Of a stretch of 64,000 nt of DNA, positions 61,265 through 64,000 are shown in pieces (position 1 is the first letter of the stretch; the number at the start of each line of letters is the position of its first letter). The DNA is from Anaeromyxobacteraceae bacterium. Its GTDB lineage: Bacteria > Myxococcota > Myxococcia > Myxococcales > Anaeromyxobacteraceae. Location of the stretch: assembly GCA_047602405.1 (NCBI GenBank), contig JASGHJ010000001.1:1024001-1088000 (forward strand), read 5' to 3'. A program made the position numbers and the translations under genes. Below the pieces are notes generated by a model, which saw nothing but the letters and a program-made list of their open reading frames with translations, ran no database searches and was not told the origin of the DNA.

Positions 61265-61309
61265 AGGAAGGAGCGCGGCGCCCGCTCCTCTGCCATGATT
61301 GGAGCCGAA

Positions 61310-61690
61310 ATGCCGCGGTCGATCCTCATCGTCGAGGACGAGGAGAACGTCTCCGAGCTCCTCGCCTTCGCGTTTCGCCGCGCGGGGTACGAGCCCATCG
61401 TGCTCCGCGACGGCCGCGCCGCCGTCGAGCACGTGCTCTCGAGCGAGCCCGCCTCGGCGGTGCTCCTCGACGTCATGCTGCCCTGCCGCGACGGCTACGC
61501 CGTGGCCGAGGTCATCCGCGGCGACGAGCGCTGGGGCGCGGTGCCGGTGGTGATGCTCTCGGCGCGCGCCGGCGAGGCCGACGTGATGCGCGCCCGCGCC
61601 GTCGGCGCCGACGAGTACGTGGCGAAGCCCTTCAGCCCGCGCTCGCTCGTCGAGTGCGTGCAGGGGCACGTGGACAAGGGCCGGGGATGA
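61310..61690 (+). CDS. Single-domain response regulator
   Basis: ILIVEDE, LLDVMLP, MLSA, KPF. Confidence 0.9.
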   Translation: MPRSILIVEDEENVSELLAFAFRRAGYEPIVLRDGRAAVEHVLSSEPASAVLLDVMLPCRDGYAVAEVIRGDERWGAVPVVMLSARAGEADVMRARAVGADEYVAKPFSPRSLVECVQGHVDKGRG

Positions 61691-62466
61691 GCCGAACGCT
61701 GCCGGGGCTGCTCGTGGTCGCGGCGTGCGGCGCCGTGGCCGGGCTGGCCGCGCCCGGCCGCGCGGCCGCCGGCGAGGTCGAGCTCTCCCACGCCGAGGAC
61801 GTCCTCACGGACGGCCAGCCGGGCTGGCGCGAGACGGCGCTGCGGGTCGACTGGACCGCGCGCGACCGCCCCGGCCTCGCCGCGCAGGCGAGCCGGGTCG
61901 AGCGCTTCGATCGGGTCGACGCCGCGTTCTCGGCGGCCGCCTCCGCGCCGCTCGGGGAGCGCTGGGTCCTCGCGGTCGAGGGCGGCGGGAGCGCGACGCA
62001 CCACGTGCTGCCGGCCCTCACCGCCGGCGCCCGGGCCCAGTGGGCCCCCGGCGGCGGCCTGGTCGCCGTGGCGGCCGGGCGGTTCTCCCGGTTCCGGGCC
62101 GTGTCCGGCACCACCGACGTCGCCCTGGGTTCGCTCGGGATCGAGCGTTATCTCGGGACCTTCCGCGTGTCCGGCACCGGGTTCGCGGCGACCGTGTCCG
62201 GCACCTGGGGCCTCTCCGGCGCGCTCGCCGCGGACGTGTACTTCCGCGAGCGGGACCGGGCCGGGCTGGTCCTCTCCGCGGGCCGCGAGCTCGAGAGCCT
62301 CGGCGGCGGCCGGGTGCTCGTGACCGGCGTGCGCGCAGTCGCTCTCGCCGGCAGGAGCGCGCTCGGGCGGAGCCCCTGGTCGGTGAGCTGGGGCGCCGGG
62401 GTCCAGCGCCAGGGCAGGTTGTACACGCGGACGGGGGGCCACCTTGGCCTGGTTCGCGAGTTCTGA
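61687..62466 (+). CDS. YaiO-like outer-membrane beta-barrel
   Basis: Signal peptide, amphipathic strands, ERFD motif, C-terminal Phe. Confidence 0.65.
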   Translation: MSRTLPGLLVVAACGAVAGLAAPGRAAAGEVELSHAEDVLTDGQPGWRETALRVDWTARDRPGLAAQASRVERFDRVDAAFSAAASAPLGERWVLAVEGGGSATHHVLPALTAGARAQWAPGGGLVAVAAGRFSRFRAVSGTTDVALGSLGIERYLGTFRVSGTGFAATVSGTWGLSGALAADVYFRERDRAGLVLSAGRELESLGGGRVLVTGVRAVALAGRSALGRSPWSVSWGAGVQRQGRLYTRTGGHLGLVREF

Positions 62467-63496
62467 TCCGTTCGTCGTCGTCGCCTGGGGCGCGGCGCTC
62501 GCGACGTTCTCGCTCTCCGCCGCGCTGACGGTGCAGGTGCTCCGCGTGCGCCGCGCGACCGCACGGCGCGAGGTCCGGCGCGACGCCTTCCTCGCGGCAT
62601 GGCGGCCGCGGCTCTTCGAGGCGGCGATGGGCGGGAACCCGCCGGCGCCGCCGGTGGAGCCGCCGGACCTCGACGCGTTCATCGCGCTCTGGAACGACGT
62701 CATGGACGCGCTCGACGTGGAGTCGCGCGCCGCGCTGGGCCGCGTCGCCGAGGGCGCCGGGGCCGACGCGGAGGCCCGCCGCCGCCTCGTGCGCGGCCGC
62801 CCGGTCGAGCAGGTGCAGGCGCTCCGGCTGCTCGGCCACCTCGGGCGGCCCGACGACTTCGACGCCGTCCACGCGCACCTCGACGACCCGCGCGCCTACC
62901 TCTCGCTCACCGCGGCGCGGGCGCTCGTGCGGATCGACCCGGCCCGCGCCCCCGCCGCGGTCGTCCCGCGCATCGCGCGCCGGCAGGACTGGCCGGCCTC
63001 GCTGCTCGTCACCGCGCTCTCGAGCGCGGCCCCCGCCGCGGTCGGGCGCGAGCTCGAGCGGGCCTGCGCCGGCGCGCCCGCGGAGCAGCTCGTGCGCCTC
63101 CTGCCCCTCGTCGAGGTCGTGGAGCGGGACGTGGCGGAGGAGATCCTCTTCTCGGTGCTCGCGCCGGACGCGGACCCGGAGGTCATCGCCTCGGTGCTGC
63201 GCCACGCCCGCACGCCCGGCCTCGTCGGGCTCGCGCGCGAGGGGTGCCTCCACCCGTCCTGGGCCGTGCGCACGCAGGCCGCCTCCGCGCTCGGCCGCAT
63301 CGGCACCCCGCCCGACCGCGACCGCCTGCTCGCGCTGCTCCGCGACGGGCAGTGGTGGGTCCGGTACCGCGCCGCCCAGGCGCTCTGCACCGGGCGCTTC
63401 GGCCCCCCGGCGTCGCACGCCGCCGACGTCGTGAAGCTCGCCGACCGCTACGCGGCCGACATCTTCGCCCACGTGCTCGCGGAGGGCCGCGCCTGA
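62444..63496 (+). CDS. Membrane-anchored HEAT-repeat protein
   Basis: N-terminal TM; WAVRTQAASALGRIG, WWVRYRAAQAL. Confidence 0.8.
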   Translation: MAWFASSDPFVVVAWGAALATFSLSAALTVQVLRVRRATARREVRRDAFLAAWRPRLFEAAMGGNPPAPPVEPPDLDAFIALWNDVMDALDVESRAALGRVAEGAGADAEARRRLVRGRPVEQVQALRLLGHLGRPDDFDAVHAHLDDPRAYLSLTAARALVRIDPARAPAAVVPRIARRQDWPASLLVTALSSAAPAAVGRELERACAGAPAEQLVRLLPLVEVVERDVAEEILFSVLAPDADPEVIASVLRHARTPGLVGLAREGCLHPSWAVRTQAASALGRIGTPPDRDRLLALLRDGQWWVRYRAAQALCTGRFGPPASHAADVVKLADRYAADIFAHVLAEGRA

Positions 63497-64000
63497 CCCC
63501 GGGCGGCGCCATCGGCGTCCTGGAGGCGCTCTTCCTCGCCTACTTCGCGGGGGTGAACCTGCTCTACCTCGCGCTCACGCTCATCGCGGCGCGGGTCATC
63601 GAGCGCGATCTCGGCGCGAGCGTGTCCTGGGACCGCAAGGACCTCTCCGCGCTCGTGCCGCCGGTGACGCTGCTCGTGCCCGCGTACAACGAGGGCGCCA
63701 CCATCGCCGAGTCGGTGCGCTCGATGCTCCAGCTCGAGTACCCGTCCTTCGAGATCCTGGTCATCAACGACGGCTCGAAGGACGACACGCTGGAGGTGCT
63801 GCGGCGCGAGTTCGAGCTCGTGCCGTTCCCCGAGGCCTACCGGGTCGCAATCCCGACGAAGCCGGTCCGCACCGTGTACCGGTCGCTCCGCCACCCGAGC
63901 CTGCGGGTCATCGACAAGGAGAACGGCGGGAAGGCCGACGCGCTCAACGCCGGCATCAACGCCGCCCGCTCGCCGCTCTTCTGCGCCGTGGACGCCGACT
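63493..64000 (+). CDS. GT2 glycosyltransferase (partial, runs off window)
   Basis: Manual translation: LLVPAYNE, INDGSKD, KENGGKADALNAG, CAVDAD; apparent CTG start. Confidence 0.88.
   Translation, partial: MTPGGAIGVLEALFLAYFAGVNLLYLALTLIAARVIERDLGASVSWDRKDLSALVPPVTLLVPAYNEGATIAESVRSMLQLEYPSFEILVINDGSKDDTLEVLRREFELVPFPEAYRVAIPTKPVRTVYRSLRHPSLRVIDKENGGKADALNAGINAARSPLFCAVDAD

Overview
Very GC-rich chromosomal origin region of an Anaeromyxobacter-like (Myxococcota) bacterium; the taxonomy is inferred from gene order and composition. The core content is hrcA (partial), mfd, three parvulin/SurA PPIases, pdxA, ychF, an ATP synthase split into Fo and F1 clusters around hemL/gyrA, hsp20, bactofilin-parB-parA with six parS sites, rsmG-jag-yidC-yidD-rnpA-rpmH, dnaA-oriC-dnaN-recF-gyrB, a FabH-like gene and tRNA-Gln. 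An accessory stretch follows, with a toxin-antitoxin pair, an IS110, secreted hypotheticals, a CCG Fe-S oxidoreductase, a RimK ligase and a YaiO/HEAT/GT2 cluster. The most striking signal is a 1554-bp IS110 element (49472-51025) inserted at a CT core inside one copy of a dispersed palindromic REP-like repeat. Its ~280-nt non-coding end can be folded by eye into two loops carrying short segments that match the target repeat and the element's own circle junction, which makes it a candidate bridge RNA. Another copy of the same repeat, with an intact target site, lies in frame inside pdxA. Single-base frameshifts in atpA, dnaN and the transposase look like sequencing errors.
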